A stretch of 64,000 nt of DNA. Origin: a candidate division WOR-3 bacterium. GTDB taxonomy: Bacteria; Hydrothermota; Tepidihabitantia; SM23-42. The stretch is taken from the NCBI GenBank assembly GCA_020343595.1, contig CP070802.1:228435-292434 (forward strand). Reading direction: 5' to 3'. Position numbers and translations under genes: made by a program. This document shows, in pieces, positions 49,879 through 60,505 of this stretch. A model generated the notes under the pieces. That model was not told the DNA's origin. It saw only the letters and a list, made by a program, of their open reading frames with translations, and did not search any database. Numbering within the stretch: the first letter of the stretch is position 1; each line of letters starts with the position of its first letter.

Positions 49879-50634
49879 TCACTTGATCACCCCTAAAGAA
49901 ATCAATATGAATGAAGGCCCGTTCACTACTGCATGCATTATAATGCCGATCAGAATATTCTTTCTCTTTTGCACCACATACGGCAGAATTAGCAAAACGG
50001 GCAGCAACAATATCAGCAGATCCACGCCAAAACAAACGTGAAAGACGAACCACAAGGCGGCGTTCACCAACCATGCAAATCTTCCAAAGGCAAGTTCCTG
50101 TCTCGGCAGAATATACCCCCTCCACAGGATCTCTTCACCAACAATATTGAAGAAGAAGAAAGGCACCCATATCAACAGCAGTAACCGTTCCGTACCCTTG
50201 AGTGGCTCGAAATGCAGGAAAGGAGCCGAAGTATCAATCGGGCTGATGCCGGACCATATCGACAGCAGTCTCCATGATCCCATGACAATCCCGGTGACGA
50301 GCATAATGCCTATCAGACCACCGAAGAGCCAGCGCCAATCCGTCTTAGTCAATCTAACGAGACGAAATCGCACAGCCATAGTCGTCAGATTACATTCATA
50401 CCCGTCTCTCTTGAACAGAAATATCGCCAGTACGAAGAGAGGCAGGAAAAGAAACAAACCTCCAAACATGAACCATGTAAGAACCGGATGGATATTATAT
50501 GTTCTGTTGAAGTACGGGATGAGAACTCTGGTAACAAAATAGAAAACCACCGTTGGGATACCAAATAGCAGCATTGACTCGGGTAATCTCATCGGCTTCA
50601 TTTTGCTATCGTATACTACTTCGCTATTCATCAC
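49879..50634 (-). CDS. CPBP family intramembrane metalloprotease (CAAX protease-like)
   Basis: 251 aa membrane protein with EEILWRG and FxxxH motifs. Confidence 0.7.
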   Translation of the reverse strand: MMNSEVVYDSKMKPMRLPESMLLFGIPTVVFYFVTRVLIPYFNRTYNIHPVLTWFMFGGLFLFLPLFVLAIFLFKRDGYECNLTTMAVRFRLVRLTKTDWRWLFGGLIGIMLVTGIVMGSWRLLSIWSGISPIDTSAPFLHFEPLKGTERLLLLIWVPFFFFNIVGEEILWRGYILPRQELAFGRFAWLVNAALWFVFHVCFGVDLLILLLPVLLILPYVVQKRKNILIGIIMHAVVNGPSFILISLGVIK

Positions 50635-50957
50635 TTCGACAGGCTATCTTCGGAGCGGATCTGATTGTAGTGTTCTTCGATCACTGTATTGTCCCCTGGA
50701 TCGAGTAGCATCTGAAATTCCTGCCACAGCCGTTCGATCTCTGGCTCGGCGTTGACAAGTTCAATGCCGCGTCGGTACGCCGCCTCATCCTGATACCATT
50801 GTATTTCCAGCCACTGGCATGGATCATCCACTTTCTGTAAATGGACAACCCTGTATGTAACATGCTTCTTGTAGATGCGATCTGCCCGCTCCTGGATATC
50901 GAGAAAGTCTTTTATCTTGCTCGGCTGAATGCGGTAGCGGTATACTTTCACATACAT
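50631..50957 (-). CDS. Hypothetical protein (possibly ABM/Dabb-like small alpha+beta fold)
   Basis: 108 aa ORF, translationally coupled at both ends (overlaps of 4 and 1 nt). I cannot support a specific family. Confidence 0.4.
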   Translation of the reverse strand: MYVKVYRYRIQPSKIKDFLDIQERADRIYKKHVTYRVVHLQKVDDPCQWLEIQWYQDEAAYRRGIELVNAEPEIERLWQEFQMLLDPGDNTVIEEHYNQIRSEDSLSK

Positions 50958-51961
50958 TATTGCCTTCCGCTACCTGCGTTCTCTATCAACACCCTCAGAT
51001 TTCTTTGAAGTAGATCGTAACTGTCGAGCATGCTGACCTTACTCAATTTCTCGGTGGTCTGAGCAGGAAGCCGATCCTGTGGCACGCCATCAAGTATCAG
51101 CTTTGTCTCTTCCTCAGAAAATTCTCCGCCAGGCATGAGCCAGCGTATGTACTCCTTGTTGGCCGGGCATACATCCTGACAAATCATGCAGCCGATAAGG
51201 CAATTATGCCATGCCGGTTCGATCCATTCTGGAAATTCGTCGGGCCCTTCGTTGAAGAAAGTCAGGCATCGCCCGGCATTGATAAGAAAACGCTCTGAGC
51301 TGATCGCTTTCGTGGGACATTTCTTCACACACGCGGTGCATTCCCTGCACTGAGCCATTGCGGCGGCTTCTCCCCAGGATTCTTCTCCGCACGGCATATC
51401 AGAAAAATACACCCGTAACCTGAAATAGCTTCCCCAACCATCAATGTACGTGACGTTGTTGCGCCCGTATCGGGCAAGGCCGCTTCGAACTGCCAGGAGT
51501 TTTGCCGGCAACAGTGCCTGATTGATACTGTAACCCTTTTCGTGCAATAAATTTGAAATGATCCTGAGAATCGCCGCATCCGTATCATACACGTATGTCG
51601 GTGGAATAATACCGTAATATTTCTTTGCACCGTATGTGAATTCCATGCTCATCTTGGGTTGCTGCGCGGCTGTGATTATGATCGACCTCGCAGCCGGGAG
51701 CTTTGTGGATGGATCGAAATCCCATGCGAGGCCATACCGCGCCACTATTTCGTTATAAAAATCTCTGTCCAGACCACCCTCATTAAGGAGCCGGTCGTAT
51801 TCGCTGCGCAGCTCAGACAAATGGTCGGTTGAAACAACCAGGCCCTTGAATCCGTCTTGCTTGAGTCGCTTTTCTAATGCCCCAACTCTATTATCTGCTT
51901 TCATAACTATCGTTTGGTCCGCTAATTTCGTTAAAAGCGTTAGGTTCGCTAATTTCGTCAT
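50957..51961 (-). CDS. Epoxyqueuosine reductase QueG-like 4Fe-4S protein
   Basis: 334 aa. C-terminal CRECTACVKKCPTKAI, then GRCLTFFNEG and IGCMICQDVCPANK, which resembles the QueG double-cluster region. Confidence 0.5.
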   Translation of the reverse strand: MTKLANLTLLTKLADQTIVMKADNRVGALEKRLKQDGFKGLVVSTDHLSELRSEYDRLLNEGGLDRDFYNEIVARYGLAWDFDPSTKLPAARSIIITAAQQPKMSMEFTYGAKKYYGIIPPTYVYDTDAAILRIISNLLHEKGYSINQALLPAKLLAVRSGLARYGRNNVTYIDGWGSYFRLRVYFSDMPCGEESWGEAAAMAQCRECTACVKKCPTKAISSERFLINAGRCLTFFNEGPDEFPEWIEPAWHNCLIGCMICQDVCPANKEYIRWLMPGGEFSEEETKLILDGVPQDRLPAQTTEKLSKVSMLDSYDLLQRNLRVLIENAGSGRQ

Positions 51962-52060
51962 TACCGTCAGCCTCTAAGGACACGCTTTTGGCCGTCCGAA
52001 AGAACGGCGAAAATAACGAAACTAACGGAAACAACAATAACAACGTCATATGCAAATAGA

Positions 52061-53755
52061 TCAACCTCTTTGAGCCTTTTCGATCTTGGCCCACGTGTCA
52101 CGCAGCGAGACTGTCCGGTTGAAAACCAGTGATCTTTCCGTCGATTCCGGGTCAACGCAGAAATAGCCGAGACGTTCGAACTGGTAACGGCTGCCAACGC
52201 GCGCTGTACTCAAACTCGGCTCGAGCTTACAGCCGCTCAAAACTTCCAGCGATCTGGGATTCACATTCGCCCGGAAATCCTTTCCCTCACCGTCAACCTC
52301 ATCCGGAGCCCCTCTTGTGAACAGACGATCGTACAACCTGACTCCTGCATCGATGGCGTCAGGTGCCGAAACCCAGTGCAGGGTTGCCTTTACTTTTCTG
52401 CCGTCAGGCGAATCACCGCCCCGGGTCTTAGGGTCGTAGGTGCAGCGAAGTTCGACGGCCTTACCATCCTTGTTCTTCTTCACGTCAACGCACTTCACAA
52501 AATAGGCATATCGCAATCTCACCTCTCTTCCCGGCGCGAGACGGTAGTACTTGGGCGGTGGTTCTTCCCGGAAATCATCCTGTTCAATATACAGGACACG
52601 GGAGAATGGGACCTTGCGCGTACCCATGCTCTCATCTTCGGGATTGTTTACGGCATCTAACTCTTCCGTCTTTCCTTCCGGGTAGTTATCGATCACCACT
52701 TTTAGCGGACGCAGGACTCCCATCACGCGCGGTGCATTTCTGTTCATGTAATCACGTACGAAGTGCTCAAGCTTTGCAATTTCGATGACGCTCTCTGCCT
52801 TGGCAACACCGATGCCTTCACAGAAATTACGGATCGATTCCGGAGGATAACCACGCCTGCGCATACCAGCGAGGGTCGGCATTCGAGGATCATCCCATCC
52901 CTTAACAAAACCTTCTTCGACCAATTTGCGTAACTTGCGTGTGCTCGTGATAGTGTAGCTGAGGTTGAGACGGGAGAATTCAATCTGCTGGGGATGGTGG
53001 ACTCCCAGATTATCAAGGAACCAGTCATACAAGGGGCGGTGATCCTCGAATTCCAGAGAGCACAGCGAGTGAGTGATCCCTTCGATCGAATCCGACTGAC
53101 CATGAGCCCAATCATAGGTCGGGTAGATACACCACTCATCGCCGGTCCGGTGGTGGGTAGCGCGGAGTATCCGGTACATCACCGGGTCACGCATGTTCAT
53201 GTTACCCGCTGACATGTCTATCTTCGCGCGCAATACTTTGCTGCCGTCAGGGAATTCACCTTTCCGCATTCTTGTGAACAATTCAAGATTCTCCTCGATT
53301 GTCCGGCTGCGAAACGGACTGTCCCTGCCCGGAGCAGTCAGGGTGCCGCGGTACTCACGAATCTGTTCGGCACTCAGATCGTCGACGTACGCCTTGCCTT
53401 TCTTTATGAGATCGATGGCCCAGTCATATAGTTGCCCGTAGTAATCCGAAGCATAGTATTCACGGTCTTTCCAGTCAAAACCTAACCATCGGATATCTTC
53501 CTTTATCGAATCAATGTACTGCTGCTCTTCACGTGTCGGATTCGTGTCGTCGAACCTTAGATTACATAACCCGTTGTATTTCAGGGCAATGCCGAAATCT
53601 ATGCAGATCGCTTTGGCATGGCCGATGTGCAGATACCCGTTGGGTTCAGGCGGAAATCTGGTGTGCACACGGCCTTCGTATTTACTGGTGCGTAGATCTT
53701 CTTCAACTATCTCTTCGATAAAGTTTGTCGGTTTGCTTCTACGATCTTCCTGCAA
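52061..53755 (-). CDS. glnS: Glutaminyl-tRNA synthetase
   Basis: Class I HIGH motif ([15 protein letters not shown]). [13 protein letters not shown] aligns with the GlnRS N-terminus. C-terminal anticodon-binding barrels. The likely start is the TTG at 53755, after GGGAGAG. The track ORF begins 17 codons upstream at 53806 and would overlap the upstream gene. Confidence 0.8.
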   Translation of the reverse strand: MQEDRRSKPTNFIEEIVEEDLRTSKYEGRVHTRFPPEPNGYLHIGHAKAICIDFGIALKYNGLCNLRFDDTNPTREEQQYIDSIKEDIRWLGFDWKDREYYASDYYGQLYDWAIDLIKKGKAYVDDLSAEQIREYRGTLTAPGRDSPFRSRTIEENLELFTRMRKGEFPDGSKVLRAKIDMSAGNMNMRDPVMYRILRATHHRTGDEWCIYPTYDWAHGQSDSIEGITHSLCSLEFEDHRPLYDWFLDNLGVHHPQQIEFSRLNLSYTITSTRKLRKLVEEGFVKGWDDPRMPTLAGMRRRGYPPESIRNFCEGIGVAKAESVIEIAKLEHFVRDYMNRNAPRVMGVLRPLKVVIDNYPEGKTEELDAVNNPEDESMGTRKVPFSRVLYIEQDDFREEPPPKYYRLAPGREVRLRYAYFVKCVDVKKNKDGKAVELRCTYDPKTRGGDSPDGRKVKATLHWVSAPDAIDAGVRLYDRLFTRGAPDEVDGEGKDFRANVNPRSLEVLSGCKLEPSLSTARVGSRYQFERLGYFCVDPESTERSLVFNRTVSLRDTWAKIEKAQRG

Positions 53756-53768
53756 ATTATCTCTCCCG

Positions 53769-54455
53769 TTAACTAAGCTGAATGGCAACGCTGCACACAT
53801 CATCACCCTTCAGCACGCTCTTCAGCAACTCGACCCTGACCGGGCGCTGAAGTATTTCTTCCCATATACCCTTGTAGTATCCGGCACCGCAATAGCAATA
53901 CGTGGATGAAATATTCGGACCGGTCATCAGCGAGTCACGGATCCTCGGACAGTGGCAATAGATCGCTCTCTTTTTCACTGGGTCTGCCTCCTCCAGATAT
54001 TCCTTTATATAGGCGCTCTTGGGGATTTTAGTAGCAATTATTCTGGCTCCATCCCTCACGCCCGCAAGACCCCATCCTCTATCCACTATATCTGCAATCA
54101 TACCATCACTCAGATTCAGGCCGTCCTTAAGAAAGGAAACAAATCTCTCCTGGAGCATGCCTATCACCTGGTCTGTGTCTCCTGTTTCTTCGTACCGTTT
54201 TCTTACATCCTGCAGATCATTCTTCGGGTATTGGCATGAACAACCGGTCATTATCCGTCTGCTCGTCTCGGCTTCGACGAGTTCATCGAGTCTGTCCATT
54301 GCTCCTTTGGACCACTCGATGACCTTATCCCGATCCGTACTATCAGAAAATCCCTCACTTCCGGCCATGACCTTCTTGCGGATTTCGGCGTTCGTCTCAC
54401 CTTCTATGCAGACGCCGAATTTTTCGAGCCAGGTCTTCTCAAAATCGGTTGGCAT
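53769..54455 (-). CDS. Hypothetical Cys-rich protein
   Basis: 228 aa with several Cys pairs ([18 protein letters not shown]). No family recognised. Confidence 0.45.
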   Translation of the reverse strand: MPTDFEKTWLEKFGVCIEGETNAEIRKKVMAGSEGFSDSTDRDKVIEWSKGAMDRLDELVEAETSRRIMTGCSCQYPKNDLQDVRKRYEETGDTDQVIGMLQERFVSFLKDGLNLSDGMIADIVDRGWGLAGVRDGARIIATKIPKSAYIKEYLEEADPVKKRAIYCHCPRIRDSLMTGPNISSTYCYCGAGYYKGIWEEILQRPVRVELLKSVLKGDDVCSVAIQLS

Positions 54456-54478
54456 ACCTCACACCGTCTGTGATGCTA

Positions 54479-55966
54479 CTATTTAAATTCAAATCTCGCC
54501 TTAAAATGGCGCAGAGGCAACTCCCGTCCATACGTAACCTTCACCCCAGGGATTTCATTCCGGCAATTATGCAGCACTCTCATTGCTTCAGCCACTGCAT
54601 CCAGATCTTGCTTTTCGTACCTCAAACGCGGTACCGCAAAACGAACGAAATTAACTTCCGGGAAGATGTCGACTTTCTTGACTCTATCGAAATGTCCAAA
54701 GGTAAAATATCCAAGTTCACAGGCTCTGTGACCGTACGCGGCGAGTAGAACGGCACATAGAGCAACTCCTCCGAAATCATCCGGTCTCATCTTCGTACCT
54801 TCAAAAAACTTATCGACATCAACGTATACAGCATGACCGCCCACCGGCATTACGACCGGAACGCCTCTGCTGCACATACCTTCGCCGAATTCCCGTACCT
54901 GGTTGATACGATAAGCCAGATATTCTTTATCGGTAACCGCCGCTAATCCAGATGCCAGCGCCATGATATCACGGCCTGATAGACCACCATAGGTCGGATG
55001 GCCTTCTTTTAAAATCTGGTAATCGAGCAGCACGCCCGGTATCTGCGGGTATTTCTTCACAAAAAGACCATCTGCCTTCAAGAACAGACCACCGCCCATA
55101 TTCGTTAGGCCATCTTTCTTGAAGCTGATCGTGAAGCCGTCAGCATGCGAGAACATTTCGTGCACTATATCCTTGACTTGCTTGCTCTTGTAGCCATGCT
55201 CGTGTTGTTGTATGAACCAGGCATTCTCGGCAAAACGGCATGCATCAAAGAAGAAAGGAATTTTATACTGATGAGCCAACGAGGATACTGCTCTAATGTT
55301 CTCCATTGACACGGGCTGCCCACCTGCCGTATTGTTGGTTATCGTCAAGTAAATGAGTGGTACCCGGTCACGGGCTTCCTCGAGCAGGCTCTTCAACTTC
55401 ACAACATTCATATTCCCCTTGAAGTGAAAACCCAAGTCGCGGTCAGCCAACTCATCGCAAAAGAGATTCAGCGCCTGCATTCTATTCGCTTCAATATTCG
55501 CTCCCGTCGTGTCAAAATGTCCATTACTCGGAACAATCATGTTCTGGCCCAGCCTGCCGACCTGCGTGAAAAGAGCATCTTCGCTTGCTCTCCCCTGATG
55601 GAAGATAAAGGCATTCGGCTCGCCCTTGCCGGGCTCGTTGAAGAAGACTTCTCCAAAGGTGGTCCGTATTTGGTCCTTGAGAGCAAAGTAACCACGGTTG
55701 GAACCGTATGCCTCATCACCCATGTGAAGGGCGGCCCACTGTTCATTGGTCATTGTCGTCACTCCTGAATCCGACAGCAGATCGCAACCGGTTATCATTT
55801 CCGATGGAAAGAAGAAGACATTCAAACCGACCCTTGCCAAAACCTCTGCCCTTTGCTCGGCAGTGAAAGCTTTCTTCTTTTCCACCGAGTGGTTGAAGTA
55901 AGGCCTAGGAATCGAACCGAGTTCCTTTTCGGAAGCTAACTTGTTCAGCAGCGATTTCAGCTTCAT
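54479..55966 (-). CDS. Beta-eliminating lyase (tryptophanase / tyrosine phenol-lyase family)
   Basis: 495 aa with the PLP-Lys motif SFKKDGLTNMGG. Overall TnaA/Tpl-like length and motifs. Confidence 0.8.
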   Translation of the reverse strand: MKLKSLLNKLASEKELGSIPRPYFNHSVEKKKAFTAEQRAEVLARVGLNVFFFPSEMITGCDLLSDSGVTTMTNEQWAALHMGDEAYGSNRGYFALKDQIRTTFGEVFFNEPGKGEPNAFIFHQGRASEDALFTQVGRLGQNMIVPSNGHFDTTGANIEANRMQALNLFCDELADRDLGFHFKGNMNVVKLKSLLEEARDRVPLIYLTITNNTAGGQPVSMENIRAVSSLAHQYKIPFFFDACRFAENAWFIQQHEHGYKSKQVKDIVHEMFSHADGFTISFKKDGLTNMGGGLFLKADGLFVKKYPQIPGVLLDYQILKEGHPTYGGLSGRDIMALASGLAAVTDKEYLAYRINQVREFGEGMCSRGVPVVMPVGGHAVYVDVDKFFEGTKMRPDDFGGVALCAVLLAAYGHRACELGYFTFGHFDRVKKVDIFPEVNFVRFAVPRLRYEKQDLDAVAEAMRVLHNCRNEIPGVKVTYGRELPLRHFKARFEFK

Positions 55967-55975
55967 AACATGCTC

Positions 55976-57181
55976 TCACCCATCCTGGTTTTCGTTCACT
56001 GACTCGTACAGAAGCTCAGAAATATCCTTAACCTCAATATCCAGATTCATCGCCTTCACGGTCTCTTCGAACATCTGAAGGCAGTATGGACATGCAACCG
56101 CGATAACCTCGGCACCAGTATCGACCAACTGTTTCACACGTATGTCGGCCATGCGCTCACCCTTGGGCCAGTCGATCCAGAGCGCCCCGCTTCCCGCACC
56201 GCAGCAAAGGCTCAGGTTGCGCGAGAAATCCTCAACCTCCAGTAATTCCAGACCAGGGATACTCTTGAGGATATTCCTCGGTGGATCGTAAATGCCACTC
56301 TGACGTCCGAGCGTACACGGGTCGTGGTATACTACTTTCTTCTTCAAACTCTTTTTCGGGACTATTTTCCCGCGCTCGATGCAGTCCCACAAAAATTCCG
56401 TAGCATGTACCGCCTTGAATTCGCCGCCGAAATCCGGATATTCCTTCTGAAAAGTCACGAGACAGTGAGGCGAACTGACGAGCGCCATCTTCACATTAGC
56501 CTCCTTGAAGCCATCGATGTTAGATCGGGCAGTCTCTTCGAAGACCTTCTCGGCACCAACCCTACGGATGGCCTCGCCGCAGCAACTCTCCTTTTGTCCA
56601 AGAATGCCGAAAGAAACACCGGCACGCTTGAGCAACCCGGCCGTAGATCTTGCGACGTTCCTGATCCTGTTATCGTACGAAGGCAAGCAGCAGGCGAAAT
56701 ACAGCATCTCCATATTCTCCGAATAATCGCCGATAAGGAGTTCTTTCGCCCAGTCACCACGATTTTCACGCGGCTCACCGAGTGGATTTCCTACGTTGTG
56801 AATCTTCTGGACAACGGATTTGAGGTTCTCCGGATAGGAGCCAAAATCTACCAGAATCCTCCGTGCCGACCGCAGGATATGAGGCATCTCCACTCCCAAC
56901 GGACATTGATCAACGCAAGCCTCGCAGCCGACACAACGGTAGATCTTATCGACTTCCCTGGCCAACTCATCCTTGTCCTCACTGCTCGCGATAAGACCAA
57001 GTACCGTTTCGAGGGGAAACCTGAACACAAGAAACTCATATGTTCCCACTTGAAACCAGGGACATACGCTGGCACATTTGCCGCATTGATAGCACTTGTA
57101 GGCATCAACCGCGCCCATTTCCACAAGAGCATCCCTGATCTCTGGGTTTATCTCCGCGACTATGTTCTTTTTATTCGCCAA
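55976..57181 (-). CDS. HdrD/GlcF-like Fe-S oxidoreductase (2x[4Fe-4S] ferredoxin domain plus two CCG domains)
   Basis: 401 aa. CYQCGKCASVCP and CVGCEACVDQCP, followed by two CCG-type Cys-rich domains (CCGEAIRR, CCGAGSGALW). Confidence 0.75.
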   Translation of the reverse strand: MANKKNIVAEINPEIRDALVEMGAVDAYKCYQCGKCASVCPWFQVGTYEFLVFRFPLETVLGLIASSEDKDELAREVDKIYRCVGCEACVDQCPLGVEMPHILRSARRILVDFGSYPENLKSVVQKIHNVGNPLGEPRENRGDWAKELLIGDYSENMEMLYFACCLPSYDNRIRNVARSTAGLLKRAGVSFGILGQKESCCGEAIRRVGAEKVFEETARSNIDGFKEANVKMALVSSPHCLVTFQKEYPDFGGEFKAVHATEFLWDCIERGKIVPKKSLKKKVVYHDPCTLGRQSGIYDPPRNILKSIPGLELLEVEDFSRNLSLCCGAGSGALWIDWPKGERMADIRVKQLVDTGAEVIAVACPYCLQMFEETVKAMNLDIEVKDISELLYESVNENQDG

Positions 57182-60100
57182 GGATAACCTCCACCATTTT
57201 TGAAATCTGCTTTTCGACCAGATTCTTCTGTTGTGAAGCTCCGCTCGGACACGCTGCTACACAACATCCGCATCCCATACACAGTGCTTCGTTTATTCTT
57301 ACGATATTCTTTTCCTCATCGATCTCTCGCGCCTCGTAGGGACACGTAACAACGCACATTTTGCAGCCACTACACATTTCCTCATCGATCACAACGACCA
57401 TCGGTTCGGCGGTCAATTCCTTTTTGGAGAACATTTCGAGTGCCTTGGATGCCGCCGCCGATGCCTGAGCAACACTCTCGGGAATATCTTTCGGCGTCTG
57501 AGCACAACCGGCGAGGAAGAATCCAGGCACGAGGGATTCCACCGGCCGTAATTTTGGATGAGCCTCATTGAAGAATCCATGGATATTTGTCTGTATTCTG
57601 AGTTTCTTTGCCAAATCGGATGTCTCCATTGAAGGCACCACTGCCATCGACAACACCACCATATCACACTTGACCTTGAGTGGACGGCCGGTCAGCGTAT
57701 CAGTGCTCCACACAATAAGGTCTTTGCCGTCTTTAATTACACGCGACGGCTTACCGCGGATGTAAAGCACATTCTCTCCTTCCTTCGCCCGCATGAAGAA
57801 CTCTTCATAGTCTTTTCCCGCCGTCCTTATGTCTATCGAAAATACTACTGCTTCACCATCGGGCACACGTTCCTTGTACAACAGGGCATGTTTCGTGTTG
57901 TACATACAGCAGATCTTTGAGCAATACGGGAGATGGTGTTCCGGATCACGCGAACCGGCGCATGATATGAAAGCAATTCTCTTTGGTATGCTATTGTCGG
58001 ATGGTCTACGAATCTCGCCTTGCGTGGGTCCGGAAGCAGACAGCAGACGTTCAAACTGAAGGCCATCTATCACATCTTCATACCGGCCCGCACCGTACTC
58101 ACGGATCTTCTCGACCGGGTACAGCTCGTAACCGGTAGCGACGATCACGGCACCAACCTCTTCTTCCACCAGTTCATCCTCCATGCCGTGCACTATCGCA
58201 TCTTGTTCACAAGCCTTCTCACACTCACCACATTCAGTGCATCCTCCACAGGCGAAACAGCGTAAAGCCTCGATCTTGGTCTGTTCGGCAGTCAGCCCCA
58301 AATTAACTTCATCGAAATTGCCAGTCCGATCGGCAGCAGAGAGTGTGCGCACCTCCTGCCGTAAATTATCCTTGATGGTTCTCGGCAGGATTATATTCTT
58401 AACCGGTTCGGTCCTCGCCCGGTTCTCATACATGTCGGCGCCATTGAAATATCGATCAATAGAAACCGCCGCCTCCTTACCGTCGGCGATCGCCCAGATT
58501 ACCGTATCTGGACCCCGTACCGCGTCACCTCCGGCAAAAACACCCGGTATCGACGTTTGCTTTGTAGTATCATCAACGACAATACTACCCCATTCGCTTG
58601 TCTCTATCCCCGTTCCTGCTGGAAGGTAGGACAGATCAGGTGATTGTCCGATGGTTACGACAACGGTATCGACTCCGATCGTAAAATCAGAGCCCGGTAT
58701 TGGCTCGGGACGCCGGCGTCCGGATTCATCAGGCGCGCCGAGTCGCATCTGTATGCACTTCATTTCCTTCAAGGTACCACCACTACCGACAAAAGATATC
58801 GGTGTCGCGAGGAATCTGATTTCAATACCTTCCTTCATTGCCTCTTCGATCTCATCAGGATCAGCTGGCATTTCCGTAAGGGAACGCCTGTAGACGATCG
58901 TCACTTCTTTTGCACCCAGCCTGAGCGCAGTGCGCGCGGCATCGATGGCGGAATTACCACCGCCGACCACGGTAACCCGGGACCCTACTGCGGGCTTTTC
59001 TTCGAGGTTGGCACGGCGTAAGAAATCGATGCCATAGTAGACGCCCTGCAAGTCCTCACCGTCGACGTTCAATCTCCGTTCGACATGCGCGCCGCTACTG
59101 AGATACACCGCATCAAAACCGCTCTTCCGAAGCTTTTCTGGATCTTCGATCCTTTGCCCGGTTACGATCTCAACACCCCATGACTTGATGTAATCGATAT
59201 CCTGTTCGAGCATCTTACGTGGCAACCTGAATTCGGGAATACCTGTTATCAACATCCCACCGGCTACTGGCAGCGCCTCAAAGACTTTTGCTTTGTATCC
59301 ACGTTTCGCCAAGAAGTATGCACAACTCAATCCTGACGGACCGGCGCCAACCACTGCCACCTTTTTCTTACGTTCCTCTGGTTTATCATGTGCCGGCAGC
59401 TGTTCTTCAACATCGGAGATGAACCGTTTTATCGCGCGTATCGACACAGCATCACCGAACTCAGCCCTCTTGCATTCTGATTCGCATGGATGCGTGCACA
59501 CGCGACCGCAGACCGAGGCAAATGGATTGTCCTCGCGCTCAAGAGCGAGTGCCTCCTTGAACTTACCTTGCGATGAAAGCGCGACGTACCCCTGGACGTT
59601 AACACCTGCCGGGCACGCCGTACGGCAAGGAGGTACACCCCTCTTGTCAATCGTGTAGACATTGGGCACGGCCTGAGGGAATGGTCGGTAGATGGCTTTC
59701 CTCTGTGAAAGTCCTGAGTCAAATTCATTTACCATCAATACAGGACACGCCGGATCGCAATCCGCACAGCCATTGCATTTGTTATTATCAACGAAAGATG
59801 CTTTCCTTCTTATCTTCACCCGGAAATTACCGACCGAACCCGCTACTTCTTCAACTTCCGAGTACGTGTAGAGTTTTATCTTTTCATGGTGTGAAACATC
59901 CACCATCTTAGGCGTGAGGATACACTGTGAGCAATCAAGGGTAGGAAAGGTCTCGGACAACTGCGCCATATGACCTCCCACCGACGGGCTTTTTTCAACC
60001 AGCACCACTTCATAGCCGGAATTTGCAATATCGAGCGCCGCCTGAATGCCGGCAATGCCGCCGCCGAGCACAAGTGCTCTTGTGTTAACCGGGATCTTTG

Positions 60101-60503
60101 CTGGTTCTAAAGCATCATTGTATTTGACCTTCTCAATCGTTGCCTTTATGATCCCGCTCGCTTTTCTCGTCGCCTCCTTGCCATCATCGTGGATCCAACT
60201 GCACTGCTCCCTTATGTTCGCCATCTCCAGGAGGTATGGATTAAGACCGGCATCCTGTATGGCCCGTCGGAACGTAACCTCGTGCAGCAACGGGCTGCAT
60301 GAGGCAACCACGATAGCATCAAGTTTCTTCTCCCTTAGCTTCTCCTTGATCATTACCTGACCAGGATCTGAACACAGGTACTTGTAATCCTCGCAGTGCT
60401 CTACCCCAGGATGCGTGCTGATATCCTTCACCAATTGCTCGATATCCACCTTAGTGCTAATATTCCTCCCACAGTGACAGATAAAGACGCCTATTCTCTT
60501 CAT
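57171..60503 (-). CDS. HdrA-like flavoprotein with N-terminal MvhD-like domain and inserted GltD/NfnB-like NAD(P)H-binding module
   Basis: 1110 aa. HdrA FAD motif VLGGGIAGIQAAL...FPTLDCSQCI. Inserted module with GAGPSGLSCAYFLA and VVGGGNSAIDAA, like the glutamate synthase small subunit. C-terminal CFACGGCTECGECEKAC. Two terminal 4Fe-4S motifs, CSGCKMCVVTCP and CMGCGCCVAACP. Confidence 0.8.
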   Translation of the reverse strand: MKRIGVFICHCGRNISTKVDIEQLVKDISTHPGVEHCEDYKYLCSDPGQVMIKEKLREKKLDAIVVASCSPLLHEVTFRRAIQDAGLNPYLLEMANIREQCSWIHDDGKEATRKASGIIKATIEKVKYNDALEPAKIPVNTRALVLGGGIAGIQAALDIANSGYEVVLVEKSPSVGGHMAQLSETFPTLDCSQCILTPKMVDVSHHEKIKLYTYSEVEEVAGSVGNFRVKIRRKASFVDNNKCNGCADCDPACPVLMVNEFDSGLSQRKAIYRPFPQAVPNVYTIDKRGVPPCRTACPAGVNVQGYVALSSQGKFKEALALEREDNPFASVCGRVCTHPCESECKRAEFGDAVSIRAIKRFISDVEEQLPAHDKPEERKKKVAVVGAGPSGLSCAYFLAKRGYKAKVFEALPVAGGMLITGIPEFRLPRKMLEQDIDYIKSWGVEIVTGQRIEDPEKLRKSGFDAVYLSSGAHVERRLNVDGEDLQGVYYGIDFLRRANLEEKPAVGSRVTVVGGGNSAIDAARTALRLGAKEVTIVYRRSLTEMPADPDEIEEAMKEGIEIRFLATPISFVGSGGTLKEMKCIQMRLGAPDESGRRRPEPIPGSDFTIGVDTVVVTIGQSPDLSYLPAGTGIETSEWGSIVVDDTTKQTSIPGVFAGGDAVRGPDTVIWAIADGKEAAVSIDRYFNGADMYENRARTEPVKNIILPRTIKDNLRQEVRTLSAADRTGNFDEVNLGLTAEQTKIEALRCFACGGCTECGECEKACEQDAIVHGMEDELVEEEVGAVIVATGYELYPVEKIREYGAGRYEDVIDGLQFERLLSASGPTQGEIRRPSDNSIPKRIAFISCAGSRDPEHHLPYCSKICCMYNTKHALLYKERVPDGEAVVFSIDIRTAGKDYEEFFMRAKEGENVLYIRGKPSRVIKDGKDLIVWSTDTLTGRPLKVKCDMVVLSMAVVPSMETSDLAKKLRIQTNIHGFFNEAHPKLRPVESLVPGFFLAGCAQTPKDIPESVAQASAAASKALEMFSKKELTAEPMVVVIDEEMCSGCKMCVVTCPYEAREIDEEKNIVRINEALCMGCGCCVAACPSGASQQKNLVEKQISKMVEVILGE

Positions 60504-60505
60504 GG

